Shown here in pieces: positions 43,875 to 53,159 of a stretch of 64,000 bases of DNA. Source of the DNA: Phycisphaerae bacterium (GTDB lineage Bacteria > Planctomycetota > Phycisphaerae > UBA1845 > Fen-1342); contig JASFQK010000002.1 in the NCBI GenBank assembly GCA_050115495.1, forward strand, positions 148,739-212,738, written 5' to 3'. The translations under genes were made by a program, and so were the position numbers. Below the pieces are notes generated by a model. That model was not told the DNA's origin and did no database searches. It was given only the letters and a program-made list of their open reading frames with translations. Numbering within the stretch: position 1 is the first letter of the stretch; every line of letters starts with the position of its first letter.

Positions 43875-45034
43875 CTCGCACCTCGTTTGCGTGACGCTGA
43901 TCGCCCGCTCCCTCCACGCGCTACCCGGGATCATCATACAGCCTTTGGGTCCCGAAGTCGCCGCGTCCGCCGGCGATTGGGTGTGTCGGGTCGTTACGAC
44001 TTCTGCTGCGGCGGGGGGACAAGGGCGATGGTTAGCGAATGCGCTCCAGGTCCACAAGTGGCATGCGACATTGGACGTTGTCCGTATCAAGCACCTCCAG
44101 GAGCTTGTCGATCAGGACCAGATGGTCGGGCAGGTCGCCGACCCGACCGTACAGGATCACGGTCAGCGTCTCATGACCGATTTCCTCGCCCAGGCCGAAG
44201 CGCGTGAAGGCCCGCGCCTTTCCAACCGACAAATGGATGACGCGTCCGGCGTCCATCTCGCACGCGTCGAACACACCCTGCGCTCGTTCGAGAAACTCGG
44301 CTTGCGTGAAGTAGGCGGCGCTCCGAGATGACCGGGCACCTGACGCTGATGCCTGTGTCTCGACCCGGCGATGGGCGCGAAACTGGAGTTCGGAGACCTC
44401 ATGGATATCGTGCTGCTCGCAGAATGACGGCGGCAGGGTGAACGTCCGGGGCAACGTCCACAGCGTCTGAACCACCGACTCCGGCGTCCGCGTGCCGGCA
44501 ACGAAATACAGTCGCGGAGACCACGTTCCCACGAACAGCAGATCCGCGCCCCAGTGCATACAGAACGTTCTACCGGAGCTGGGCTGCTTGTTCGGTCCTC
44601 GCGGGATGGGTGGATAAAACTCATGGACGTCCACCAACCCACGTTCTCCAGTGAGCTGGAACAACGTGTCGTCTTCGAAGTCACGATGAACGCCGAGGAT
44701 TCCCAGTTCTCCCAGTCGCCGAACGAGCTCTTCGTTTGTAGTCATTGTGGAGACTCCGAGGGTGGGCCGAGTGGTTCGTCCGCTATGACCGATGGACCCG
44801 AGCGCACCGGCGACCGCGACGGCCACTGCTCGTTCTGCTCGTGATCTGACCCGCCTTGCGGCTCCCCAGTCCCCATCATCTCGCACCTCGTTTGCGTGAC
44901 GCTGACCGCCCGCTCCCTCCGCACGCTACCCGGGACCATCATACAGCTTCTGGGGCCCGAAGTCGCCGCGTCCGCCGGCGATTGGGTGTGTCGGGTCGTT
45001 GCGACTTCCGCTGCGGCAGGGGGACAAGGGCGAT
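43835..45034. repeat. Direct repeat of ~200 bp (43835-44029 vs 44840-45034), part of a ~1 kb tandem duplication
   Basis: Near-identical 'tgatctgacccgcctt...ggggacaagggcgat' blocks. Confidence 0.9.
44032..44745 (-). CDS. Hypothetical protein, tandem paralog 2
   Basis: GGAG RBS before MTTNEEL; clear paralogy with the previous ORF. Confidence 0.7.
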   Translation of the reverse strand: MTTNEELVRRLGELGILGVHRDFEDDTLFQLTGERGLVDVHEFYPPIPRGPNKQPSSGRTFCMHWGADLLFVGTWSPRLYFVAGTRTPESVVQTLWTLPRTFTLPPSFCEQHDIHEVSELQFRAHRRVETQASASGARSSRSAAYFTQAEFLERAQGVFDACEMDAGRVIHLSVGKARAFTRFGLGEEIGHETLTVILYGRVGDLPDHLVLIDKLLEVLDTDNVQCRMPLVDLERIR

Positions 45035-45574
45035 CGTCAGCGATTGCGCCTGGTCGCCGGGGCGGTCCTGGTATCGCCGAAAGAGGGCGTCGATTTGGCG
45101 CAGGAGGTCATTGAGCTGGCGCTGGCCCGCGCGGTCGAGGTTCGCGACGAGTCGGCGGACGGAGAGCGTGTCGGGGGATGGCGGGCTGTCGTCGCCGACG
45201 GCGTGCAGGGCGGCGTTGTAGTCGCGGGCGGTGGCGCGAAGCAGCGTCGCGCACGACTTCGCCACCGCGTCCAGGTAACGCGGCGAGCGTTGGCTCCGGT
45301 CGAGCAGCAGTCGCGGGGCCGGCAGGCCGTACACGGTTTCGTGTCGGCGTTTGTGCTGACGCTTGCCGTGCTGCACGAGCAGACCGTGCCGTTCGAGGAC
45401 GCGGATGTGGTAGTAGAGCGCCTCCGCCGGGCGGCCGAGGGCGGCGGCCAACTCGCGAACCGAAGCGGAACCTTCGCCGGCGAGGACGTCAACGATCCGC
45501 GTCCGCACCGGTGAAGCCAGCGCCGCCACCTGGGCGGGCCGCCGCAGTACCAACGGCTTGTTCCTCGCAGCCAT
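44939..45574 (-). CDS. ArsR-like winged-helix transcriptional regulator
   Basis: ALASPVRTRIVDVL...SVRELAAALGRPAEALYYHIRVLERHGLL. Confidence 0.88.
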   Translation of the reverse strand: MAARNKPLVLRRPAQVAALASPVRTRIVDVLAGEGSASVRELAAALGRPAEALYYHIRVLERHGLLVQHGKRQHKRRHETVYGLPAPRLLLDRSQRSPRYLDAVAKSCATLLRATARDYNAALHAVGDDSPPSPDTLSVRRLVANLDRAGQRQLNDLLRQIDALFRRYQDRPGDQAQSLTIALVPLPQRKSQRPDTPNRRRTRRLRAPEAV

Positions 45575-45762
45575 GGACGACAGCATACCGCCTTTGCTAA
45601 AATAAATCAAGAAATTTCAATAATTGACCGCCCGTTTCTGACGCACTTCGTGGCGGCGGGCCGTCTGGACGGGTGTGGGCAGGCCGGCGTTCCGGAGCGC
45701 CCGATTGGCACGAGTGGTCGGCGAGGGCAGCACGGCACACTTCGACACAGGAGGATCGTGAC

Positions 45763-47109
45763 ATGCGGCATGTGGGCGTGATTGGTGGGCGGGTCGTGTT
45801 CGTGGCGGTCGTGCTGGCGGCGTTGGCCGGGCCGACGGGGGTGCTGGGGCAGAGCCTGATCGAGCGGGCCGATGCCCTGTTTCGCGAGGGGCAGTTTGCC
45901 AAGGCCGAGCCACTGTACGCCGAGGCGCTGGCTGCGGACGCGACTGACTATGCGGCGGTTGTGCGCCTGGGCGAGATCGCCCTCATGGGCAATCGGCTCG
46001 ACGTGGCCGCGGAGCACCTGCGGAGGGCGGTGGCGCTGCGCCCGGACGAGGCGAAACCGAAGTCGTTGCTCGCCGAGGTGTTCTATCGCCAGGACCGTTT
46101 TGACCAGGCTGCGGCGCTCAGCCGGGACGTCGGGCCGGAAGGCGTGGCCGACAAGCTGGCGGGGTTCAAGGGGCTGGTGCCGAACGAACTCGTCGGCGAC
46201 GCAGCCGAGACGAGCATTCCATTTGTGCAGACCGACCCGCTGCCGCTGATCCAGGTGTCGATCAACGGCGGTGAGCCGGTGCACCTGCTGATCGACACGG
46301 GAGCGGCGGAGCTGTACCTCGATCCGGAGTTCGCCGAGAGCGCCGGCGCCATCGTGTCGGGTTCGACCACGGGCATCTACGCCGGCGGGAGAAGTGCGAA
46401 GACTGGCCAGGGTCGGATCGCGTCGCTGCGGCTGGGCGACTTCGAGTTGCGCAGTGTTCCTGTGCTGTTGCTGCCGACGCGGCGAATGCCGTTCGCGCCG
46501 CCGGGCGTGCGGATCGAGGGCGTGCTCGGGACCGCTGTCCTCTACCATTTCTTTGCGACGCTGGACTATCCGCAGGGGCGGCTGGTGTTGCGGCGGAAGA
46601 CGGACGAGGCCCGGGCCGCGCTGGCCCGGCTCGCCGACGCACCCGGCACGCACGTCGTTCCGTTCTGGATGGCGGGCAGCCACTTCATGGTGGCCTGGGG
46701 ACAAGTCAACAATGCCCCGCCATGTCTACTGTTCGCGGACACAGGGCTCGCTGGCGGCGGCCTGACGTGCCAGGAATCTGTGGTGAAAGCGGCCGGCATC
46801 GACCTGAGCAACGTGCCCGAGCGGGAGGGCATCGGCGGCGGCGGACCGGTGAAGATCAAGGCGTTCACCGTGGCCCGCGTCGCGTTGGGCGACGCGGTAC
46901 GCACGAACATCCAGGCCTTTGCCGGCGGCATGCCGCCCGACGCGGAGTATCGCCACGGCTTCCGTATCGGCGGCGTCATCTCGCACGGCTTCTTTCGCCC
47001 GTACGCGCTGACGTTCGATTTCGAGAAGATGCGGTTCCTGCTGACCGAGGGTAAGGGCGAAAGGAAGGAAGTCGCGCCGCCGGGTCGTGCGTCGCAGCCA
47101 TCGCAGTAG
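45763..47109 (+). CDS. Secreted TPR plus two-domain retropepsin-like aspartyl protease
   Basis: AGGAGG RBS; signal peptide; TPRs; LIDTGA and FADTGL motifs followed by GVLG/GVIS. Confidence 0.88.
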   Translation: MRHVGVIGGRVVFVAVVLAALAGPTGVLGQSLIERADALFREGQFAKAEPLYAEALAADATDYAAVVRLGEIALMGNRLDVAAEHLRRAVALRPDEAKPKSLLAEVFYRQDRFDQAAALSRDVGPEGVADKLAGFKGLVPNELVGDAAETSIPFVQTDPLPLIQVSINGGEPVHLLIDTGAAELYLDPEFAESAGAIVSGSTTGIYAGGRSAKTGQGRIASLRLGDFELRSVPVLLLPTRRMPFAPPGVRIEGVLGTAVLYHFFATLDYPQGRLVLRRKTDEARAALARLADAPGTHVVPFWMAGSHFMVAWGQVNNAPPCLLFADTGLAGGGLTCQESVVKAAGIDLSNVPEREGIGGGGPVKIKAFTVARVALGDAVRTNIQAFAGGMPPDAEYRHGFRIGGVISHGFFRPYALTFDFEKMRFLLTEGKGERKEVAPPGRASQPSQ

Positions 47110-47226
47110 GTTGACTGTGGAGGTGACGAGCTTACGGCGGCGCGTTGTCTCGCCGCCGCTGGCCGAGCGGCCGGCCGCGGACTACGGTCTTGGTGGTGGG
47201 ATCACGGCCGAAGCGACGAGAGCAAG

Positions 47227-47991
47227 ATGTCCGATAGCCCCGGCGAACCCGGTGCGAGCGCAACGGCCGCCAACGCTGTCCTCATGCGGCATGCCATCGT
47301 CCTGTGCGTGGCGGCCGTCGTCGCCGGCCGGGTGGGCTTTGTCCACGCCGATGACTCGTACGGCATCGAACAACCGGTCATATGGCTGCTCGCGGCGTTG
47401 GCTGCGGCCAGCGCCGTAGCGATGCGGCGGATCGTCGCCGCAGCGGTGGGTGGGGCGGTGGTGGGTGGCGTCGGCGCCGCCGGCATTGTGGCGCGATTGG
47501 TGGTGTACTCGGAGGATTGGCTCGTCACGCAGGGCGCAATCGTTGCGCTGTCGCTGATCGCCTGCGTGGCTGCGGCTTGCGTGGCGTTCTGGTCCGCGCA
47601 GCGGTGCGACGGTGCCTCACCCGGCCGCTGCCGGCGTTGCGGCGGCCGACTCGCCGACGACGCCGGCGAGGATTGCCCATCGTGCAGCGCGCCGGCCGAC
47701 GAGGCAGTGAAGCCGGTCCGGGCGTCGCCGCTCTGGGTCGTCTCGGTGGGCGTGCTGGTGGCCATTGTGCAGTTTGGGCCGGCGTTCATGTGCACTTGTG
47801 GGTTCTTCGACCGCGCGGCGTTCATCCTCACCGTACCCCTGTTCGTTCTGGCGTGGTGGCCGTTTCTGCTGGCGCGAGAGGGGCGCTTCCTGCCGCGGGT
47901 CGTGGCCATCGTGGCGGTCGTCGCGGCGACGATGCTCCTCTTCAAGAACATCTGCGACGTGCTCTGGCTGGGACACAATCCGGTCTTCTGA
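47227..47991 (+). CDS. Membrane protein with internal zinc ribbon
   Basis: Multiple TMs; CRRCGGRL......CPSC. Confidence 0.6.
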   Translation: MSDSPGEPGASATAANAVLMRHAIVLCVAAVVAGRVGFVHADDSYGIEQPVIWLLAALAAASAVAMRRIVAAAVGGAVVGGVGAAGIVARLVVYSEDWLVTQGAIVALSLIACVAAACVAFWSAQRCDGASPGRCRRCGGRLADDAGEDCPSCSAPADEAVKPVRASPLWVVSVGVLVAIVQFGPAFMCTCGFFDRAAFILTVPLFVLAWWPFLLAREGRFLPRVVAIVAVVAATMLLFKNICDVLWLGHNPVF

Positions 47992-48002
47992 GGCGCGTGG
48001 GC

Positions 48003-48482
48003 GTGACCCGACCATCCCGTACACGGCGAGTGCTGAAGTGGGTGGGGCTGGTGGCGTCGCTGCTGCTCGTGGCGGCGTGCATACTCCTCAGCGGCGGGCG
48101 GGGCTTCGGCTTCACGCTCGCCGGGCGGGCGACGGCGGTGGAGGTTGCCATCTATCGAGTGGCGGCGCACATCACAGTCGCTCACCTCAGCGAGGCACGT
48201 ACGCCGGTCGTCGAAGCCACGGCGCTGTACTGGGTGGATTCGGGCGACCGCGACTATCAATGGTCGGGGATACGCGCGTACGCCACGCACGGCGTGTCGT
48301 GCAGCCCGGCACGTCTGTCGTTGTACTGGGTGTTGCTCGTCGTGACCGGGCTGACCGCCATACTCTGGTACCGCGACCGCCGCCGCCCAGCCGGCCGCTG
48401 CCCGCGCTGCGGCTACGACCTCACCGGCAACGTCAGCGGTCGTTGTCCGGAATGCGGCGAACCCGCGCCTCAGTCTTCGTAG
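48003..48482 (+). CDS. Membrane protein with C-terminal zinc ribbon
   Basis: VTRPSRTRRVLKW-TM...TM-RDRRRPAGRCPRCGYDLTGNVSGRCPECG. Confidence 0.75.
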   Translation: MTRPSRTRRVLKWVGLVASLLLVAACILLSGGRGFGFTLAGRATAVEVAIYRVAAHITVAHLSEARTPVVEATALYWVDSGDRDYQWSGIRAYATHGVSCSPARLSLYWVLLVVTGLTAILWYRDRRRPAGRCPRCGYDLTGNVSGRCPECGEPAPQSS

Positions 48483-48634
48483 ACGCGCCACAGCTTCAGC
48501 GTACTACACGGCTGTGGCGGCGCCTGTCCGAGCCCCAAGCGGCAGCGCGGGGTCGTCTGCGCAAGACGGCTACGCTTCGGGACAGCCAGCTCCCTGCCGG
48601 TCGTGGCTCGGACAGATGGCGTGTGCGAGGCGTT

Positions 48635-48745
48635 TTCGGTGATCGACGTCGGCCACAGGGGGCCGACGCTACAGGTTGGCGCGCCCCCGCAGGCGTGAGG
48701 ACGCCGCCTCCGGCTCAAGGCTTGGGGCTGACGGCTGATGGCTGC
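48635..48745 (-). repeat. REP-like palindrome plus heptamer repeats between convergent genes
   Basis: GACGTCGGCCACAGGGGGCCGACGCTAC; ggctcaa/ggcttgg/ggctgac/ggctgat heptamers. Confidence 0.75.
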
Positions 48746-48780
48746 CGGCTCGCCGAACACGCCCGGTACTGCGCCGGCCG

Positions 48781-50025
48781 CTACGGCGTCGGATTCGACG
48801 CTGGCTTGGCGACGGCGCGGGCCTGGATGCGGTTGAGCTTCAGGTCCGTCACTTCCAGCCACGCGTCGAACGGCTTCTCGGTCAGCAACTCGGCCAGCGT
48901 CTGGGCGGCGATCGTTGCCTTGATGCGGAACCGCCCGGTCTCCGACGAGAAGTCGCCATCGACCGACTTGATGCCCTCGACTTCCGCCAGCGCCCGCTTG
49001 ACCGCCAGGAACGACTTGAAGTCCAGCGGTTTCACGTCGAGCTCGATGTCGCCGCCGGCGGAGATGATCGTCGACCACTGCGTCATCACGCTTTCGTACA
49101 ACCGCACGGCCAGGGCCGCGCGGCCGGCGGCGTTTTCGGCCGCCGGGAAGGTCGCCTGTACGAGCGCCTCGCGGGCGGCCTGCGGGCTGAACTCGTGTCG
49201 CGAGCGCACGCCCCGGCGGGTGACCGGCACCGATTCGCTGGCCAGCAAGCGGCCGGTGTCGGTGTAGTAGATGCGGGCCTGCACGTCGCAGTTGTAGAAC
49301 GCGGCGGGCACGCCGTAGATGTTCTCCAGACCGGCGCGGTCGGCGTTGGCCGCACCGCGGATGAGGATGTGCGCGCCGGCTTCCTTGGCGATCTGCTGGA
49401 GCCGGGTGAGCCCCTTGTCGTCGCGCACGTCGGCCATCTCGGGGATGTGCAGGTCGCCGAGCGCCTTGCGCGTCACCAGGTCGAAGCCGGCCTTGACGAA
49501 CAGCTCCTCGATGCGGCTCTCGACGATCGGGTCCTTCTGTAACCTCCCGTCGATGCGCTCGTCGATCCAGACCATGATCTTCGGGTGGCCGATCTGGTCG
49601 AGGACGTTCTGCACCTCGCCCCAGGCCTGGGCCACGGCGTCAGGCCGCACGGTCGCCTCGATCTTCATCACGACCGTTCCGCCCGCGCCCGGCTCTTCGC
49701 TGAGGATGCGGTATTCCGTGACGATGCCGGACGCTCGGCTGTAGATCGTGTCGCGGACGAGCATGTAGTCCTGCGTCTGCGAGTAGCCGGCGATCTCGAC
49801 GCCGGCGCCCTGTTCGAGCGCCTTGCGGAGCGCCTGCTTCAGGGCGTCGTCGTGGTTGTACCCCTCGGCGGTGACCACCACGGTGCGCAGGGCAGGTGGT
49901 GGTGGCGGCGGAGGCGGCGGCGGTTCCTGGGCGACGACCGGCAGCAGCACGGCCGCGACGGCCACAATCGCCACCAACGAGCGCAGGCAGAACAGAGGCG
50001 AAGACGCGATCATCATGTTGCTCAT
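48781..50025 (-). CDS. Secreted protein with FlgT-N/LPP20-like N-terminal domain
   Basis: Signal peptide and poly-Pro; 'AEG...DALKQALRKALEQGAGVEI.G.SQ.....LVRD.I.SRASG.V..Y.IL'. Confidence 0.7.
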   Translation of the reverse strand: MSNMMIASSPLFCLRSLVAIVAVAAVLLPVVAQEPPPPPPPPPPALRTVVVTAEGYNHDDALKQALRKALEQGAGVEIAGYSQTQDYMLVRDTIYSRASGIVTEYRILSEEPGAGGTVVMKIEATVRPDAVAQAWGEVQNVLDQIGHPKIMVWIDERIDGRLQKDPIVESRIEELFVKAGFDLVTRKALGDLHIPEMADVRDDKGLTRLQQIAKEAGAHILIRGAANADRAGLENIYGVPAAFYNCDVQARIYYTDTGRLLASESVPVTRRGVRSRHEFSPQAAREALVQATFPAAENAAGRAALAVRLYESVMTQWSTIISAGGDIELDVKPLDFKSFLAVKRALAEVEGIKSVDGDFSSETGRFRIKATIAAQTLAELLTEKPFDAWLEVTDLKLNRIQARAVAKPASNPTP

Positions 50026-51362
50026 GGGTTTTCCCTGGTCGCGGGTATAGCGGACGCCGGCACGTCGACCTCTACGGTGCGCATGCCCCGGCGGACGATC
50101 CACCAGAGCCGACGCAGCGGGAGGGACACGGACACCTCGACGACGTCGCCGTCGAGCGTACGGGCGGGAGCCGTCACGCGGGCCCCGCTGAGGAAGCGCA
50201 CGACGTCGTCCTTCAGCTCCTCGTGCCGGCCGAGGAACTGCTCGACGGTGACGTTCTGCTGAATGACGAGTTGCTCCACCTGCTGCCGCAGGCGGTCGAT
50301 GCCGTCGAGCCGGGCCACCGCGGCGGCGTCCGGTGGAGCGGGTTGCTCCTCATCGTCCGGCTGATAGCGGCCGACGGCGGTCAGCGTCTCTTTGGCCCAG
50401 GACGGGGCGTCGAGCTCGATGGCCTCGTAGCGGGCTCGCGGAATCGCCTGTCGCGGCGGCACGGCCAGCCCGACGGCCGTGATTTCCTCCTGCGTGGTGA
50501 GCAGGGCCATCTCGCGGAAGTCGGCGGCGTGGAAGAGGTCGCCGCGATAGTGCTGTTGATGAACGTCGGTCAGGATGCGGATCAGGGTGATGAGGCTCAC
50601 CCGGGCGCGAGCCACCGCCACCTGGTCGAGGGCGAACGTCGTCGATACCTCGGCTTGTCGTTCGAGGCCGGCCAGGACGGCGGTGCGCACCGCATCGTCC
50701 GAGGCGAGGAACTCGCGGAGCCGCCGGGCGTTCGTGACGGGCAGTTCGCCGGCCTGTTCGAGCAGGGCATAGCGGGCGTCGGCCTCAGCCGCGCGCTGCG
50801 CCGCCTCGATACCCTCGGGCGTGACATCTTCCCAGCCTTCGGGCCGGCGAGTGCGCGTCGCCGCCGGCATGGTGGCCGTGCCCGAACCCCACAGAATGGG
50901 CCAACGGGCCGCGGCCCGGCGGATATCGCCGGGCCCGATCGCCGGCGAGCCTGTGTCCACGTCCTGGGCGAGCCACTTGTCGAGCTCGGCCCGCAGTGCC
51001 TCGGGATCGAGGCGGATGTCGGCGTCGCACGTGGCATCGCCGTAAACGCGGGCCGGGCCGCTGTCCGGCAAGCTGCGCAGCCACAGCCGCAGGCCGCGAT
51101 CGCGCGGCAGGTGCCGAGCCGCCCAGGCGCCGACGGTCAGCGAATCGTTGATCGGCAGGGCGTAGACCTGGGCGACGAGATCGGCCCGGGCGTGGGCCAG
51201 GGCGAGCCGTTCGAGCAGAGCCCGATCCTGGCGCGACACTTCGTCCGCCGCGAAGGACGTGGCGGCGCACAGACACAGCAGCGCGGCGAGGCAGTGCGGC
51301 ACATACCGCACCGCCGCGCCGCGGCGCGTCGGCAAGCCACTGTCAGTCAACAGGTAAGACAT
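50022..51362 (-). CDS. Secreted LPP20-like repeat protein (divergent paralog of 51596..52897)
   Basis: Three repeats such as 'AQRAAEADARYALLEQAGEL.V'; 'YGDATCDA' and 'HYRGD' match the neighbour. Confidence 0.65.
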   Translation of the reverse strand: MSYLLTDSGLPTRRGAAVRYVPHCLAALLCLCAATSFAADEVSRQDRALLERLALAHARADLVAQVYALPINDSLTVGAWAARHLPRDRGLRLWLRSLPDSGPARVYGDATCDADIRLDPEALRAELDKWLAQDVDTGSPAIGPGDIRRAAARWPILWGSGTATMPAATRTRRPEGWEDVTPEGIEAAQRAAEADARYALLEQAGELPVTNARRLREFLASDDAVRTAVLAGLERQAEVSTTFALDQVAVARARVSLITLIRILTDVHQQHYRGDLFHAADFREMALLTTQEEITAVGLAVPPRQAIPRARYEAIELDAPSWAKETLTAVGRYQPDDEEQPAPPDAAAVARLDGIDRLRQQVEQLVIQQNVTVEQFLGRHEELKDDVVRFLSGARVTAPARTLDGDVVEVSVSLPLRRLWWIVRRGMRTVEVDVPASAIPATRENP

Positions 51363-51379
51363 GACGCAATGGCGCGGAG

Positions 51380-51544
51380 CTACTCGACGATCATCTCGCC
51401 CTGAGGCTCCTCGTGGACCTCGCCTTCCTGTTGCTCCTCGATCACGGTCACTTTGCGGCGTTCGTGCGACTGACAGCCGGCCAGGAACAGCAGGGCGAAG
51501 CCGACCGCCAGGACGATACACAGGCCGCTCAGCCAACGGTGCAT
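51380..51544 (-). CDS. Small lipoprotein, 54 aa (absent from the ORF track)
   Basis: AGGAG RBS; MHRWLSGLCIVLAVGFALLFLAGC|QSHERRKVTVIEEQQEGEVHEEPQGEMIVE*; LAGC lipobox. Confidence 0.8.
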   Translation of the reverse strand: MHRWLSGLCIVLAVGFALLFLAGCQSHERRKVTVIEEQQEGEVHEEPQGEMIVE

Positions 51545-51595
51545 CTGGACACTCCTGCATCAAACAGAGGAAGCGACCCGCAAGCCGGGTCGCGG

Positions 51596-52897
51596 TTAAC
51601 GCGAATACCGCTGCATCTCACCGTTCACGACGCCCCATACGCGGGCACCGGGCAGGGCGATGGTGACGATTGCCTCGCCTTCCTCAAAACGCGTCCCGGT
51701 CACGACGGCGTCGACGATCACGGCGTCCACCAGCGAGGCGATCTCGTCGTGCTCGGTGACGAAGTCACGCACGGTCGTCGCACTGTGCAGCTCCAGCCCG
51801 CCGATCTGCTCGGCCAGCTTGCGGCGGGCGTCCATCTCGGCGGCCCGGGCGGCGCGGAGCCGGCCCTGCGGCGTGTCCATGGCCTCGTCCGTGCCGTGGC
51901 CTTCGATCTCGAGCGGCCGCATCGACCAGCCGGGCATCTGGAGCTCGGCGCTCTGGGCATATCGCTGGATGAAACGCGGGTTGGGAATGCCCATGCCCGT
52001 CGCCTCGAATTCCTTCTTCACGATCGTCTTCGTGATGTTCTCGATGTCCGAGCCCCTCACGTCGTCGCCCTTGTAGTGGCGGCTGTGCAGCCTCTTGATC
52101 GTGGAGATCACCTGCTCGGTCGGCAGCACCAGCGTGCACTCGGCGATCAGCTCGTCGTTGTGGAGGTAGTAGCCCTTCTCCTCGAAGCCGACCAGCGTGG
52201 CGTTGAGCTCCGACGTGATGACGTCGCCTTCCATCACGAAGTCGCGCACCTGCGTGCGGGCCGTGATGCGCAGCCCCTTAATCCGCTCAGCCAGCCGCCG
52301 CTTGGCGTCCTCGTACGCCGCCTTCTGCGCGGACAGCCGCGCCTGCGGGCCGATCTTCCGCCACAGATCCGGAATCGGCGGCCGCAGGCCGGCCGGTGCC
52401 GGCCCCAGCAGCTCGATCGCCGCCTCCGGCAGATCGGGCGGCAGGTCCGGACGCGGCGCGCCCATCCCAACGACCTTCAGCACTTTCTTCTCGATCCGCC
52501 GCGTGATGGACTCGAAGTCCTCCGTCTTGATGCTGCTGCCGTGGTAGTGGCGGCTGTGTGCTTCGCGCAGCGTCTCGACCACCTTGGCGACGGTGACCTC
52601 CGCTGCCACCTCGCACGAGCCGTCGTCGTACCAGATGGGGTCGCCGAGGCGGATGCCCTTCACGAACGAGTCCACGTCGCTACGGATCTCGTCCGATTCG
52701 GTGACGAAGTCCTGGACGTACGTCCGCGAGTTGATTTGCAGGCCGTATACCATCTCGGCCAGCTTGCGGTACGCGTCCGCCTCCGCCGCCCGCTTGGCCA
52801 GCAGCTTCTGCTGCTCGGCGGTGATGTCCTGACCGGCGGCGCTAAACAGGCCCAGCAGGCCCACGACCGCCACGACGGCTGCTTTCATCATGCGCAT
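51596..52897 (-). CDS. Secreted protein with three LPP20-like repeats
   Basis: Three copies of 'A.RAA..DA.R.LAE.I.GL.I...T.V.DFV.E.D.I'. Confidence 0.75.
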   Translation of the reverse strand: MRMMKAAVVAVVGLLGLFSAAGQDITAEQQKLLAKRAAEADAYRKLAEMVYGLQINSRTYVQDFVTESDEIRSDVDSFVKGIRLGDPIWYDDGSCEVAAEVTVAKVVETLREAHSRHYHGSSIKTEDFESITRRIEKKVLKVVGMGAPRPDLPPDLPEAAIELLGPAPAGLRPPIPDLWRKIGPQARLSAQKAAYEDAKRRLAERIKGLRITARTQVRDFVMEGDVITSELNATLVGFEEKGYYLHNDELIAECTLVLPTEQVISTIKRLHSRHYKGDDVRGSDIENITKTIVKKEFEATGMGIPNPRFIQRYAQSAELQMPGWSMRPLEIEGHGTDEAMDTPQGRLRAARAAEMDARRKLAEQIGGLELHSATTVRDFVTEHDEIASLVDAVIVDAVVTGTRFEEGEAIVTIALPGARVWGVVNGEMQRYSR

Positions 52898-53159
52898 TGG
52901 ATAGCCCTTCACCGACCCTGGTTTCAGACGGACCCGGCCCAGCCGGCCAGGCCCTCCGTCCCCGTACCGACATCAGACACGCGGCTCGCGCGGGGGTTAG
53001 TCCCCGCCGGCCGGCCGTAGCATACCCAAACGCCTCCGGCCCGCATATGGCCCCGCGGGTGTTTGGGTCTCGCCAGCCGTCCGCTATAGTGCACCGCTCA
53101 TGGAATGGCCGTCCGGCATGCCCGTCCGACGCGGGCCGGCGGCGGCCGAAGGAGGGCCC

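Noticed and set aside
43026..45034. Duplicated segments as the template/variable repeats of a diversity-generating retroelement
   Set aside because: There is no reverse transcriptase in the window, and the mismatches do not look adenine-specific.
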